Positions 27,384-37,022 of a stretch of 64,000 bases of DNA are shown here, piece after piece. The DNA is from an uncultured Candidatus Actinomarina sp. (GTDB lineage Bacteria > Actinomycetota > Acidimicrobiia > Actinomarinales > Actinomarinaceae): positions 64,001 through 128,000 of the forward strand of contig CACPJC010000003.1 in NCBI GenBank assembly GCA_902634185.1. The letters run 5' to 3'. The notes under the pieces were generated by a model that worked only from the letters and a program-made list of their open reading frames with translations, searched no databases and was not told the origin of the DNA. Made by a program: the position numbers and the translations under genes. Position 1 is the stretch's first letter; the number at the start of each line of letters is the position of its first letter.

Positions 27384-28185
27384 TTAAATCGTATATATTA
27401 TTAACTTTTTCTTTAGTTATCGATGATATAATCTTTGCAATTTCTCTCTTTGGAACCCTATACTCAATCAACTTTTTCGCTAGATCTTCACTGTTTATAT
27501 CAATAGTTTTTATTTTTTGTGATTTATCAATTACGAGGGTTACCTCTCCTTTATATTCAGTATCTGGAATATCTCTTAAGAGGGTCGCAGCAGTACCCCT
27601 ATAAATTGTTTCAAATTTTTTCGTAAGCTCTCTGCATACAACTATTTCATTTTCTATGTTTTTATTAACAAATTCCTCAAGGTCTTTCTTTAATCTATTT
27701 GGAGAAGTAAAACATATTAATGTCAATTGAGTTTCCTGAATATTGTTAAAAAATTCAGCTCTTTCTTTTCCTGATTTTGGAACAAAACCCAAAAACGTAA
27801 ATTTTTCTGTATCAAAACCTGACAAAGTCAAAGCAACTAAAACACTTGATGGGCCAGGTATAGATACAATTTCAACGTTACTTTTTACTAATTTCTTAAC
27901 AAGCGTATTGCCAGGATCAGAGATGAGAGGCGTTCCAGCATCTGAAATCATTGCAATCGACTTATCATCGTCTAATAAATTAAGTATCTCATTAATTTTT
28001 TTTACTTCATTTCCTTTGAAATATGAGCGGACTTCTTTTTTTTGGTTCAAATGTGATAATAATTTTTTTGCTACACGTGTATCTTCAGCATAAACAATAT
28101 CTACATCAGATAAAACCTGGACCAATCTTGTTGATATGTCGTTTAAGTTCCCAATGGGAGTTGGACAAATGTAAAAAGTTCCCAT
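27370..28185 (-). CDS. rsmI: 16S rRNA (C1402-2'-O)-methyltransferase
   Basis: PTPIGNL.DIS.R, AEDTR, SDAGTPLISDPG, IPGPS, RELTKKFE. Confidence 0.96.
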   Translation of the reverse strand: MGTFYICPTPIGNLNDISTRLVQVLSDVDIVYAEDTRVAKKLLSHLNQKKEVRSYFKGNEVKKINEILNLLDDDKSIAMISDAGTPLISDPGNTLVKKLVKSNVEIVSIPGPSSVLVALTLSGFDTEKFTFLGFVPKSGKERAEFFNNIQETQLTLICFTSPNRLKKDLEEFVNKNIENEIVVCRELTKKFETIYRGTAATLLRDIPDTEYKGEVTLVIDKSQKIKTIDINSEDLAKKLIEYRVPKREIAKIISSITKEKVNNIYDLIKNL

Positions 28186-28186
28186 T

Positions 28187-29578
28187 TTAAAAACTTGTAT
28201 TACATTGTTCACTAGAACAATTATTTAGAAAAGATACCATGAATTCTATATCGTTTGATAATGCCAGTCTTAGATAATTTCCATCATTATATATCCAAAA
28301 GTTTGTATCACCTTCATATAAAATTCCTTTCCAGCTTGAATTGCTCGAACTTTTAATAAATCTTGTTTGGAAATCTGCCCAATTTTGGAATGCATCTGCA
28401 ATCTCATTCAATTCATTAACATCATCACCTGATATCTTGACTGTCATAAATAAATCGTTTGAGTCATTAATATAGTCAACCCAAGATCCGCCACCCAAAC
28501 CAATTGCTGCATTAACTGCCTCGTTTTTACCTATTTTGGTTTGGAGCAGATATACCAGGTCTAATGAATCAATTTTTCCTTCGTCAATGACTGTAAAATT
28601 TTCTAACTCTAAAGTTTCAATATCAACATAAATATATGGTTCTTCAGAAAAATATTTTTCTGGTGAGTATATTTGTTCAGCGGTAGGTAATTTATAAAGA
28701 GCTTCATTAAGTGCTTCCATTTTTCCTTTAGAGTGAATCTGTTTACCTAACTTACCTCCAAAATCATAATAAAGATCTAATGGTATATAAAAATATTCTG
28801 GAAGTGATACCGAGCATCTGAAATTTGGCCGTTCTGAAGCCATTCTTTGCCTATCATAGGAATCTAAATTAGATTCCCAATATGCTTGAACTAAATCTGC
28901 TTGAGCTTCTATGATGGACCTTCTGCCAGGATAATTCATAAAATCATCATTGTCTTTCATAGTTGTATACCATTCAGAAAGATCAACTATTTGACCTTGA
29001 AGCGAATGTACTAATTCATGTACTATCACAGATTGTTCCCAAAGATTCAACTTTGTCTGATTACGTTTAATTGGAACTCGTAATATTTGATCAAGTAAAT
29101 TGTATGAACCAGCTGATGCACATCTTTGAAATTCTACTATCAACTCTTTCATTTTTTCAGGAGATGCGTTTGTTAGACCCCACATATTTTCTGATAACAC
29201 AGCCCTCTCCCACTCTCCTTCTTCATAATCTTTTTCAAAATCGTCAAGATAAGAGGCGGCACTATAATCTCTGTATCCATCTAATGTATACAAATTAAAT
29301 TTTGGATATTCTGAGTAAGACAAGCCTGTTCTTTTTTCAACAAACGCAATAAGTTCATCAAATTGCTGTTTCATTTCTGGGCTTACGTCAAGCAATTCAA
29401 TTCCAAATTCATCGACGACAATTTCCTCATCAATGTTTTGAACTGTTGTAGTAGTGGAAGATGTTGTAGTTGAGCTTGTCGTTGTTGAAGTTTCAAGAAC
29501 TTCTGGCTCAGCTTCAGTATCTAAAGTACAGCTAGAAACTAAGCATAAAACAAGTAAATAATTTATATATTTTCTCAT
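28187..29578 (-). CDS. Lipoprotein with Thr-rich stalk and zincin-like HExxH domain
   Basis: Lipobox-like LVSSC, TSTTTSSTTT, VIVHELVHSLQ followed by IEAQAD. Confidence 0.7.
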   Translation of the reverse strand: MRKYINYLLVLCLVSSCTLDTEAEPEVLETSTTTSSTTTSSTTTTVQNIDEEIVVDEFGIELLDVSPEMKQQFDELIAFVEKRTGLSYSEYPKFNLYTLDGYRDYSAASYLDDFEKDYEEGEWERAVLSENMWGLTNASPEKMKELIVEFQRCASAGSYNLLDQILRVPIKRNQTKLNLWEQSVIVHELVHSLQGQIVDLSEWYTTMKDNDDFMNYPGRRSIIEAQADLVQAYWESNLDSYDRQRMASERPNFRCSVSLPEYFYIPLDLYYDFGGKLGKQIHSKGKMEALNEALYKLPTAEQIYSPEKYFSEEPYIYVDIETLELENFTVIDEGKIDSLDLVYLLQTKIGKNEAVNAAIGLGGGSWVDYINDSNDLFMTVKISGDDVNELNEIADAFQNWADFQTRFIKSSSNSSWKGILYEGDTNFWIYNDGNYLRLALSNDIEFMVSFLNNCSSEQCNTSF

Positions 29579-29631
29579 AGGACTTAAGAATAATTGTAAT
29601 CTTAACTATTGAGATACAAATAGGAGGATTC

Positions 29632-30039
29632 ATGGTAAAAGAGTTTAGAAATTTTATCAACAGAGGAAATGTTGTTGAACTTGGGGTTGCATTTGTTATG
29701 GGTGCATCATTCAAATCATTAGTAGATGTATTTACTAAAAGGTTAATAGAGCCATTAATTGGATTAATTATTAATCTTCCAAACCTAGACAATCTTGGAC
29801 TTTTTGGTGATGTAGATCCTAACTCTGGATTGCAATCAGGTAGTTTTGGAGCATTTCTTGGAGAGATAATCAATTATTTAATCATTGCATTTGTGATGTT
29901 TCTAGTCATTAAGGCTTACAATCATTTTGAAGATATGGTTGATGACGAAGATAATGAAGAAGTTGTTGCTACAGAATCAAAAGAAGTAACCCTTCTTAAA
30001 CAAATAAGAGATGGTATAAATAATTTACAAACTAAGTAA
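29632..30039 (+). CDS. mscL: Large-conductance mechanosensitive channel
   Basis: KEFRNFINRGNVVELGVAFVMG, FGAFL..IINYLIIAF, LLKQIRD; AGGAGG RBS. Confidence 0.95.
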   Translation: MVKEFRNFINRGNVVELGVAFVMGASFKSLVDVFTKRLIEPLIGLIINLPNLDNLGLFGDVDPNSGLQSGSFGAFLGEIINYLIIAFVMFLVIKAYNHFEDMVDDEDNEEVVATESKEVTLLKQIRDGINNLQTK

Positions 30040-30050
30040 AGTAACAACCA

Positions 30051-31814
30051 ATGAAACAAAATAATCTAAGAGATTTATATAAATACGCTCAACAAAATCA
30101 AACAAAAGTTAAAAGAGGAATCCTCTATTCAATTTTAAATAAATTGTTCGATCTCGCTCCTCCGGTCTTGATTGGTATAGCAATTGATATTGTTGTGGAG
30201 GGATCTGATTCTTTCATTGGTTCATTTGGGTTTGAAGACAGACGACAACAATTAATTATTCTTGCATTTATTACTTTTGTAATTTGGGGTTTAGAATCAA
30301 TTTTTGATTATGTCGCAGCAGTTACTTGGAGAAATATTGCACAAGATCTACAACATTCCTTACGTACTGAAACTTTTGAAAAAACACTGGATTTAGATTT
30401 ATCTTTTTTTGAGAATAAATCTTCTGGACGCCTAATGGCAATATTGAATGACGATGTAAATCAAATGGAACAGTTTTTAAATGAAGCAGCTAATCGTTTA
30501 ATTCAGACAGCAACAACCGTTATAGTCATCGGTGGAACCTTTATTTATATATCACCTTTAGTTGCAGTTTTTGCATTTATTCCAATTCCAGTAATCATTT
30601 TTGGATCTTATAAATTTACACAAAGAATTGCCGAAAGATATTCAAAAATACGAAATAATGTTGAATCATTAAATGCTCATCTTTCTAATTCAATAACAGG
30701 AGTACTAACAGTAAAGAGTTTTAATAGAAAAGACAGAGAGTATAAAAGAATTGACGAAGCATCGAAAGAGGTAAAAACTGCAAATTATGAAGCAATAAAA
30801 CTATCTGCCGCATTCATACCCATCATAAGAATTGCAATATTATTTGGCTTTACTGCGACACTTCTCATCGGTGGATTTCTTGCTCTAGACGGGCAAATCA
30901 AAGTTGCTATGTACTCTGTCATGTTATTTATTACTCAAAGACTTTTATGGCCTTTGACCGAATTAGGAATGATTTTTGATGTTTATCAAAAAGCAATGGC
31001 ATCTTTTAGAAGAATTATCAATTTGAAAGAAACTAAACCACTAATCAACGATGGAAATACCTTTATGGAGGAACTTAAAGAAAGTATTAGATTTGAAAAT
31101 CTTAATTTTGAATACGTCTCTGACTTTCCCGTATTGAAAGATGTAAACATCGAAATTATGAAAGGAAAAACAACGGCAATCGTTGGGAGTACAGGATCTG
31201 GTAAATCAACACTAATAAAATTAATTCTCAGATTTTATGAAAAAAATTCTGGAAAAATATTTTTTGATAACAATGAAATTGAATCTTTAGTAATTGATAG
31301 TCTTCGAAGCAAAATAGGACTTGTAAGCCAAGATGTATTTTTGTTTGAGGGAACTGTTTTTGAAAATATAGCTTATGGAAATATAGATGCGTCAACAGAA
31401 GACGTATGGAATGCTGCCCGTTTATCTGAATCTGATAAATTTATAAGTGAACTTCCTAATCAAGAAAATACTATTGTTGGTGAGCGAGGGCAGAAACTTT
31501 CGGGCGGACAAAGACAAAGAATATCTATTGCTAGAGCAATATTGAAAAATCCTGAGATTTTAATCCTTGATGAAGCAACTTCAGCCGTTGATAATGAAAC
31601 TGAGGCTGCAATTCAGGAGTCTCTTGAGACATTAAAAGAAGGAAGAACGGTAATTGCTATAGCCCATAGACTTTCTACTATAAGAAATGCTGACTTAATT
31701 TATGTATTAGAGTCAGGTGAGATAGTTGAGTATGGTACTCATGATGAACTACTGAACAGCCAAGGTGTGTACGCAAAATTATGGGATGTTCAAACAGGAA
31801 AGATAAAAAGATAA
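30051..31814 (+). CDS. ABC exporter, fused permease/ATPase
   Basis: N-terminal TM domain; GSTGSGKST, LSGGQRQR, ILDEATSAVD, IAHRLST. Confidence 0.95.
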   Translation: MKQNNLRDLYKYAQQNQTKVKRGILYSILNKLFDLAPPVLIGIAIDIVVEGSDSFIGSFGFEDRRQQLIILAFITFVIWGLESIFDYVAAVTWRNIAQDLQHSLRTETFEKTLDLDLSFFENKSSGRLMAILNDDVNQMEQFLNEAANRLIQTATTVIVIGGTFIYISPLVAVFAFIPIPVIIFGSYKFTQRIAERYSKIRNNVESLNAHLSNSITGVLTVKSFNRKDREYKRIDEASKEVKTANYEAIKLSAAFIPIIRIAILFGFTATLLIGGFLALDGQIKVAMYSVMLFITQRLLWPLTELGMIFDVYQKAMASFRRIINLKETKPLINDGNTFMEELKESIRFENLNFEYVSDFPVLKDVNIEIMKGKTTAIVGSTGSGKSTLIKLILRFYEKNSGKIFFDNNEIESLVIDSLRSKIGLVSQDVFLFEGTVFENIAYGNIDASTEDVWNAARLSESDKFISELPNQENTIVGERGQKLSGGQRQRISIARAILKNPEILILDEATSAVDNETEAAIQESLETLKEGRTVIAIAHRLSTIRNADLIYVLESGEIVEYGTHDELLNSQGVYAKLWDVQTGKIKR

Positions 31815-31815
31815 A

Positions 31816-33003
31816 TTAATTTGTTATTTTTGAAACTATTGATTCTCCAATAGCTAAAGAAGCGGTTGCTGCAGGACTTGGTGAATTAAGGACATGTAAA
31901 GAATTTTCTCCCTCTTCAAAAAGAAAGTCATCGACTAAATTCCCATCTTTATCAACAGCTTGTGCTCTTACACCAGATGGTATTTGTTTGATATCTTTTA
32001 GATTTACTCCATTAATTAATTTTTGAATCTCTTTTACAAAAATTTTTTTATTTAATGATCTATACATTTCAGAAATTCCTGTCCTGAAATATTTTTTCCC
32101 TAGTTTGAGCATTCCGGGGAAAGTCAAAACTTTTGTTAAATCTACAAAATTAATATCTGTCCATTTATATCCTTCTTTTGAAAAAGCCAGTACTGCATTT
32201 GGTCCAGCCTCAATGTCACCATTTGCAGTTTTTGTTAAATGTATACCTAGGAATGGAAGATCAGGATCAGCCAATGGATAAATCATATTGTTTAGAATTT
32301 TATTTTTTGTGTTACTTATTTTGTAATACTCTCCCCTAAAAGGAATTATTTTTACATTTGGAGACATATTGTCTAATTTTGCAATTTCATCTGAGAAAAG
32401 GCCTGCACAATTAATTAAAAATTCACAGTTGTATGTATATTTATTTCCCGAAATAGATTTCAAACCATTTTTATTTTCAATCTCTTTTATTTCCTCAATA
32501 TATTTTATTTCTCCGCCCATCTCTATAAAATCATTTGCATATGCCTGAACAACTTCTTTATAGTCGACAACTCCTGCCTGAGGAACAAAAAGTCCATTTA
32601 ACATTACTGAATTTGGTTCAATAGAAAGAAGTTCATCATTTTGAACAATTTTTACACCTTCCATCTCTAAATCAATACTTCTTTCTAATAAACTCTCTAA
32701 TTTATCAAGATCATTATCAACTACTATCTTTCCTTCTTGCCGAAAGTTAATATTTTTCTTTTGTAAATATTCAACGAGTAAATTTCTTCCTTTTATAGAA
32801 AGTTCAGACTTACTTGAATTTGGCTTATAGTAGATTCCTGAATGAATGACTCCTGAATTACGTCCAGATTGATGAAGTCCTGGTTCTTTTTCTTTTTCAA
32901 GAACAACAACACTTAGATTTTGTTTTTGTAAGTGAAGAGCTGTAGACAAACCAACGATTCCAGCTCCAATCACTGCATAGTCATATGTGTTATTTAAATT
33001 CAT
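31816..33003 (-). CDS. lhgO: L-2-hydroxyglutarate oxidase
   Basis: IGAGIVGL, HQSGRNSGVIHSGIYY, PFRGEYY, PFLGIHLT, GPNAVLA, GVRAQA, NSPSPAATASL. Confidence 0.93.
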   Translation of the reverse strand: MNLNNTYDYAVIGAGIVGLSTALHLQKQNLSVVVLEKEKEPGLHQSGRNSGVIHSGIYYKPNSSKSELSIKGRNLLVEYLQKKNINFRQEGKIVVDNDLDKLESLLERSIDLEMEGVKIVQNDELLSIEPNSVMLNGLFVPQAGVVDYKEVVQAYANDFIEMGGEIKYIEEIKEIENKNGLKSISGNKYTYNCEFLINCAGLFSDEIAKLDNMSPNVKIIPFRGEYYKISNTKNKILNNMIYPLADPDLPFLGIHLTKTANGDIEAGPNAVLAFSKEGYKWTDINFVDLTKVLTFPGMLKLGKKYFRTGISEMYRSLNKKIFVKEIQKLINGVNLKDIKQIPSGVRAQAVDKDGNLVDDFLFEEGENSLHVLNSPSPAATASLAIGESIVSKITN

Positions 33004-33005
33004 TT

Positions 33006-33346
33006 TGGTGGAGGTGCGGGGAGTCGAACCCCGGTCCTTTTAAGCTACCCAACAGCTTCTCCGAGCGCATCTGGTGAAATACTATTGAGAGAGTCACCAG
33101 AAACAAATTCTCAATAGTTTCTACCTTAAATCTTAAAAGTTAGCCGGTAATCTAACTTAGCATCCCACATTTCGACGCCGATACTACCCGAGGTGGGAGC
33201 CCCGATAGTCGACGAGCAACAATTAAGCTGCTACGGCCAATTTAGGTTTGGCAGTTATCTTTTTTTTCCTACGTTTTTAATGAGGCCCTAGGACCCTCAG
33301 CTCGCTACTGAGAGGCTCGCTTCAAAGTCGAAGCCAGTTCACCCCC
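33006..33346 (-). ncRNA. ssrA: tmRNA; tag peptide (A)AKPKLAVAA* at 33252-33223
   Basis: 5' GGGGGTGAACTGGCTTCGAC; 3' GGGTTCGACTCCCCGCACCTCCACCA; resume context ATAACT-GCC; tag ends AVAA-TAA. smpB lies about 5 kb away. Confidence 0.96.
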
Positions 33347-33397
33347 ATATCACTATTATGCCTTTACAATAGTTATTAGCCAATACATATTTATTAT

Positions 33398-34045
33398 ATG
33401 AAAATTGATAAACAAACTTTTGATTTAGAAGAAGAACTAAGTATCTCAATAGATTTTGAGGACAATGATGGTTTGATATTTATACCTAAAAATGTAAATG
33501 TAGAAATTAAAATAGCTAACTATTTTGGAAAAATAGTTATAAATAATTTATCTATTAAACATCTTGAAGATGAGCTCTCCCTGTCAAAAGTTGGATTAGA
33601 GCAAAACCTAAATAATCTAGATCTTAAACTTCTCGATAGATTTTTATTTAAGCAGTTGAGTGATAAAGCAACGTTTAATTATTCACCATTCGATTCGTTT
33701 TTAGAATATGATTTTTCTGTATATGAAAAATCAAGAAGACCGAGTGATCTTGATTGGTCTATGTTTGCATCCCTATATGTTTTTGCTTGTAATGTCATTC
33801 CCGAATCAATTAAAGTAGAGTTAACTCTTGCAAAATATTTAAGAGTATCTGAAGAAGTTTTTAAAAGACTATTAAAGAAAATTCCAGACAAAATATTTAG
33901 AAAAACAGGACACCTTGAATCTAGAGGTGGTAATTTAACTTTCGATGCTGAAGAGTTAATAAAGAAAAATCTTAACGACACTCAGGCAAAATTATTTGAA
34001 GAAAGTCCTTTTTTGAAATTTCATTCAGGTTCTGATTTGGTCTGA
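33398..34045 (+). CDS. Hypothetical protein, possible C-terminal HTH-like region
   Basis: Clean 215-aa ORF filling the gap divergent from ssrA; LAKYLRVSEEVFKRLL...RGGNLT. Confidence 0.55.
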   Translation: MKIDKQTFDLEEELSISIDFEDNDGLIFIPKNVNVEIKIANYFGKIVINNLSIKHLEDELSLSKVGLEQNLNNLDLKLLDRFLFKQLSDKATFNYSPFDSFLEYDFSVYEKSRRPSDLDWSMFASLYVFACNVIPESIKVELTLAKYLRVSEEVFKRLLKKIPDKIFRKTGHLESRGGNLTFDAEELIKKNLNDTQAKLFEESPFLKFHSGSDLV

Positions 34046-34464
34046 GCTCTGCTGACCATTGATATAACCTTACCAACATCAATTTCCCATATTTCTCTGG
34101 ATTTGAATCCTGCTTGCTCCCAAGTAACATCTTCTGTTCTACCATAAGGTTTACCTGAATATCTATTTGATAAATAATCTATGTGGTCATTTGCAGTCGA
34201 ATCTTGAACAATATTTTTAACAACACCCCTTATCTCCCAACATGTATACATATCAGATGGATGAAATATAACGAGTGAAATATTTGGTTCCTTCCTTATG
34301 TTTTCTGTTTTTTTTCTTCCTTGTTCTGTGTTGATAAGAATTTTATTATCTTTGTAATCAACCCACATTAAATGATTCTGCATCTCTTTTTCATTGATTT
34401 TGGTTGATAATGCACAAAAAGCATTGTTATCAATTGCTTGCTTAAGTTCATCTGGAAGTTGCAT
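34021..34464 (-). CDS. PPOX-class (pyridoxamine 5'-phosphate oxidase-like) probable F420-dependent oxidoreductase
   Basis: LST....MWVDY....INTEQGRKK..NIRKEPNISL, EIRG, HID.LS.RY.G..Y. Confidence 0.85.
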   Translation of the reverse strand: MQLPDELKQAIDNNAFCALSTKINEKEMQNHLMWVDYKDNKILINTEQGRKKTENIRKEPNISLVIFHPSDMYTCWEIRGVVKNIVQDSTANDHIDYLSNRYSGKPYGRTEDVTWEQAGFKSREIWEIDVGKVISMVSRAQTKSEPE

Positions 34465-34494
34465 ACGCTTTTATTTTAAGTAAAAATTACTTAT

Positions 34495-35058
34495 ATGGCA
34501 TTTATAAAATTATTCAAATTTGAAGAATCATCTGGCTTATTAAAAAAAGAGTATGAAAAAGGTATGCGCAGAGCTGGAAGAATTTGGAATGTGCTTACAA
34601 TTCAATCACAAACTCCTGAAATATTAAAAGACTCAATGAATCTATATGGATCAACAATGTTTGGTAATTCAAATATTTCAAGGTTCGATAGTGAATTATT
34701 AGCTGTCGTTACTTCTATTTCAAACGAATGTGAATATTGAATACGAGCACATTTATATGATCTTCGGTCGGAGACAGATAATCAAAAATTAGTAGATGAA
34801 ATAGCAGAGGATTGGACCAAAAGCTCTATCTCACCAATACAAATGGCAATGTGTGAATTTGCTAAAAAATTAACGGAAAATCCAAATAAAGTTAATGAAA
34901 AAGATATTGAATTATTGAGAAGTTACGATTTATCAGATAAAGATATTTCACAAATCGTACAAATTATTGCATATTTTAATTATATAAATAGAGTCGCAGA
35001 TGGACTTGGATTAGAACCAGAAGAATTCATAGATAAAAAAGGTTATAAAAACAAATAA
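34495..35058 (+). CDS. AhpD/CMD-like peroxidase-related selenoprotein (187 aa, Sec at codon 82, CxxU)
   Basis: Two track ORFs are in the same frame, separated only by TGA (34738-34740): ...SISNECEY-U-IRAHLYD...QMAMCEFAKKLT...AYFNYINRVADGLG. TGA occupies the second Cys of NxCxYCxxxH. Confidence 0.85.
34758..34776 (+). promoter_or_regulatory. Putative bacterial SECIS hairpin
   Basis: UG(A)UCUUC-GGUC-GGAGA-CA stem-loop with a G-led apical loop starting 25 nt after the UGA. Confidence 0.65.
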
Positions 35059-35096
35059 ATATTGTTTCATTGTTTTTCAAGATATAACATTAAACA

Positions 35097-36017
35097 ATGA
35101 GTAACAACTCAAGATTAGTTATATTGTTCATTGCATTAACTGGAATAGCAGGATTGTCATTTTTTATATTTTCTGAGAATAATGTTGATCAGCAAACTAA
35201 TATCCAATCAGAGGCTGAAATTGAAACGACTACAACAATTTCAATTAATTCAACAACATCAACTTCTACTCCAACAACATTGATGGAAACAACTACAACA
35301 ACATCTACAACTAGTACGAGCACTACAACTACAACTACTATTCCACCAAATCAGACAGCAATATTTGCTACACAAGAAGAAATAAATAATAGTAAAAAAA
35401 TTTCTTATGATTACTTACAAAGTGGCTGTAAAAAAGATGAGCCTAATAATACAGATGAAGAATGGATAAAACCTCTTGAGGTATTTACATACGACGAAAA
35501 TAAAATAAATTTCAACTTAAAAATAGAGTCAACACTTCAACTAAAAGTTGATTGTATCGGAAAGCTAATCACTTCAATCCTCAATGATTCAAGAGGTTGG
35601 ATTAAAGTAACCGAGAAAGAGTTTCAGATAGTTGATAATGTCGAAAGTGAATTTGAATTCATTTTTGCATCGCCCGAAAAAACTGATGAGTTATGTTATC
35701 CACTCGAGACAAATGGAATATATTCATGTAGAAATGAACAACAAATTATTATTAATTTTTTTAGATGGGTTAATGGTGCAATTGATTTTGGATCTGATTT
35801 AGAAACGTATAGATTGTATCTTATCAATCATGAAGTTGGACATATTTTAGAATGGGGTCATGTTGGTTGTCCAAAAGAAGGTGCTTTAGCACCAGTAATG
35901 ATGCAACAAAGTAAATCTACCATGGGTTGCGAACCTTATGGATGGCCAATTTATGAAATTTTAGAAAAAGAATTTGGTATTAATACTTATTCTTATCTGC
36001 CCGAAATTGATAATTAA
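35097..36017 (+). CDS. DUF3152 domain protein (Thr-stalked, HExxH)
   Basis: ILNDSRGW, YSC, IN..RW..G, YR.YLINHEVGH.L..GH..C, APVMMQQS. Confidence 0.88.
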   Translation: MSNNSRLVILFIALTGIAGLSFFIFSENNVDQQTNIQSEAEIETTTTISINSTTSTSTPTTLMETTTTTSTTSTSTTTTTTIPPNQTAIFATQEEINNSKKISYDYLQSGCKKDEPNNTDEEWIKPLEVFTYDENKINFNLKIESTLQLKVDCIGKLITSILNDSRGWIKVTEKEFQIVDNVESEFEFIFASPEKTDELCYPLETNGIYSCRNEQQIIINFFRWVNGAIDFGSDLETYRLYLINHEVGHILEWGHVGCPKEGALAPVMMQQSKSTMGCEPYGWPIYEILEKEFGINTYSYLPEIDN

Positions 36018-36094
36018 TTGGTGCCAGTAACAACTAATTGGTTATATCATTATCACTAAATTTAATTGTTATAACAAATACTTTTTTTATTTTT

Positions 36095-37021
36095 TTAAAT
36101 ATTTAAAACGCTTGAAAGCTCACCATTCAAAATATCTGAGACATTTTGCACAGTCTCTAAACCTGCTTTTAATTGTGCTTCATAAGTTGATGCACCAAGA
36201 TGAGGAGTGGTAACAATGTTTGATTTTGAAAATGTTTCATTAACATCAGGTGGTTCTTGACTAAACACATCTAGGCCGGCAAAAATAAAGTCTTCATTTG
36301 CTTTTTGGAAAAGAGATTCTTCATCAATTATTCCTCCTCTTGATGTATTTACTAAAATTCCACCTTTTTTGATTAAATTAAGCTTTTCATTATTGATCAA
36401 GTTTGTTGTCTCTTCAGTTTTTACAACATGAATTGATATAACATCTGATGTTTTCAATAGTTCGTCAAGATCAACTTTTTTAGCCTCTATTGTAGAACTA
36501 TCTACATAAGGATCATAAAAAACTATATTCATTCCAAATGCAGCTAATCTTTTTGCAACTTCTTTAGCCGCTTTTCCAAAGCCAACTAATCCTAATTGTT
36601 TTTGATAAAGTTCAGTTCCAAGAAATTTGTTCCTATCCCATTTTTTATCTTTGAGGGAATTATTTGATACATGAATTTTTCTAGCAGCAGAAATGATGAG
36701 CCCAATTGTTAATTCAGCAACTGAAATTATATTTGCATTTGGCGAATTAGTAACATAAATTTTTTTATTGGTTGCTTCCTCTATATCAACGTTGTCTACT
36801 CCTACTCCACACCTTGCAATAATTTTTAAATTGTTTGCATTTTCTAAAATATCTTTATTTATTTTGGTACCACTTCTAATAACAACAATCTCCGTATCGA
36901 CGATATTACTTTTCAAATCTTCCGTTTTTGTTTTGGATTCAGAAATATTTGTAATTTCACCAAGCTCTTCAAATTTATCTAAAACTTTTTCTTCTAACCT
37001 GTCGCAAACTAAGATTTTCAT
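36095..37021 (-). CDS. D-2-hydroxyacid dehydrogenase, SerA-like (no ACT domain)
   Basis: ARCGVGVDNVD, NIISVAE, GFG, NTSRGG, LDVFSQEP, TPHLGAST.EAQ. Confidence 0.85.
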   Translation of the reverse strand: MKILVCDRLEEKVLDKFEELGEITNISESKTKTEDLKSNIVDTEIVVIRSGTKINKDILENANNLKIIARCGVGVDNVDIEEATNKKIYVTNSPNANIISVAELTIGLIISAARKIHVSNNSLKDKKWDRNKFLGTELYQKQLGLVGFGKAAKEVAKRLAAFGMNIVFYDPYVDSSTIEAKKVDLDELLKTSDVISIHVVKTEETTNLINNEKLNLIKKGGILVNTSRGGIIDEESLFQKANEDFIFAGLDVFSQEPPDVNETFSKSNIVTTPHLGASTYEAQLKAGLETVQNVSDILNGELSSVLNI

Positions 37022-37022
37022 A

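Noticed and set aside
31816-34464. Genomic island integrated at tmRNA (or at tRNA-Gln)
   Set aside because: No integrase and no duplicated 3' end seen; housekeeping genes abut both RNA genes.
34738-34740. TGA as a pseudogene lesion or as genetic code 4/25 recoding
   Set aside because: TGA ends other genes normally (e.g. at 712 and 4210) and RF2 is intact. The codon aligns with a catalytic Cys and is followed by a hairpin, favouring Sec. A pseudogene is not fully excluded.
36018-36094. TTGTTATAACAA palindrome and T-runs between convergent genes
   Set aside because: Short and AT-only, plausible by chance; no convincing GC stem for a terminator.
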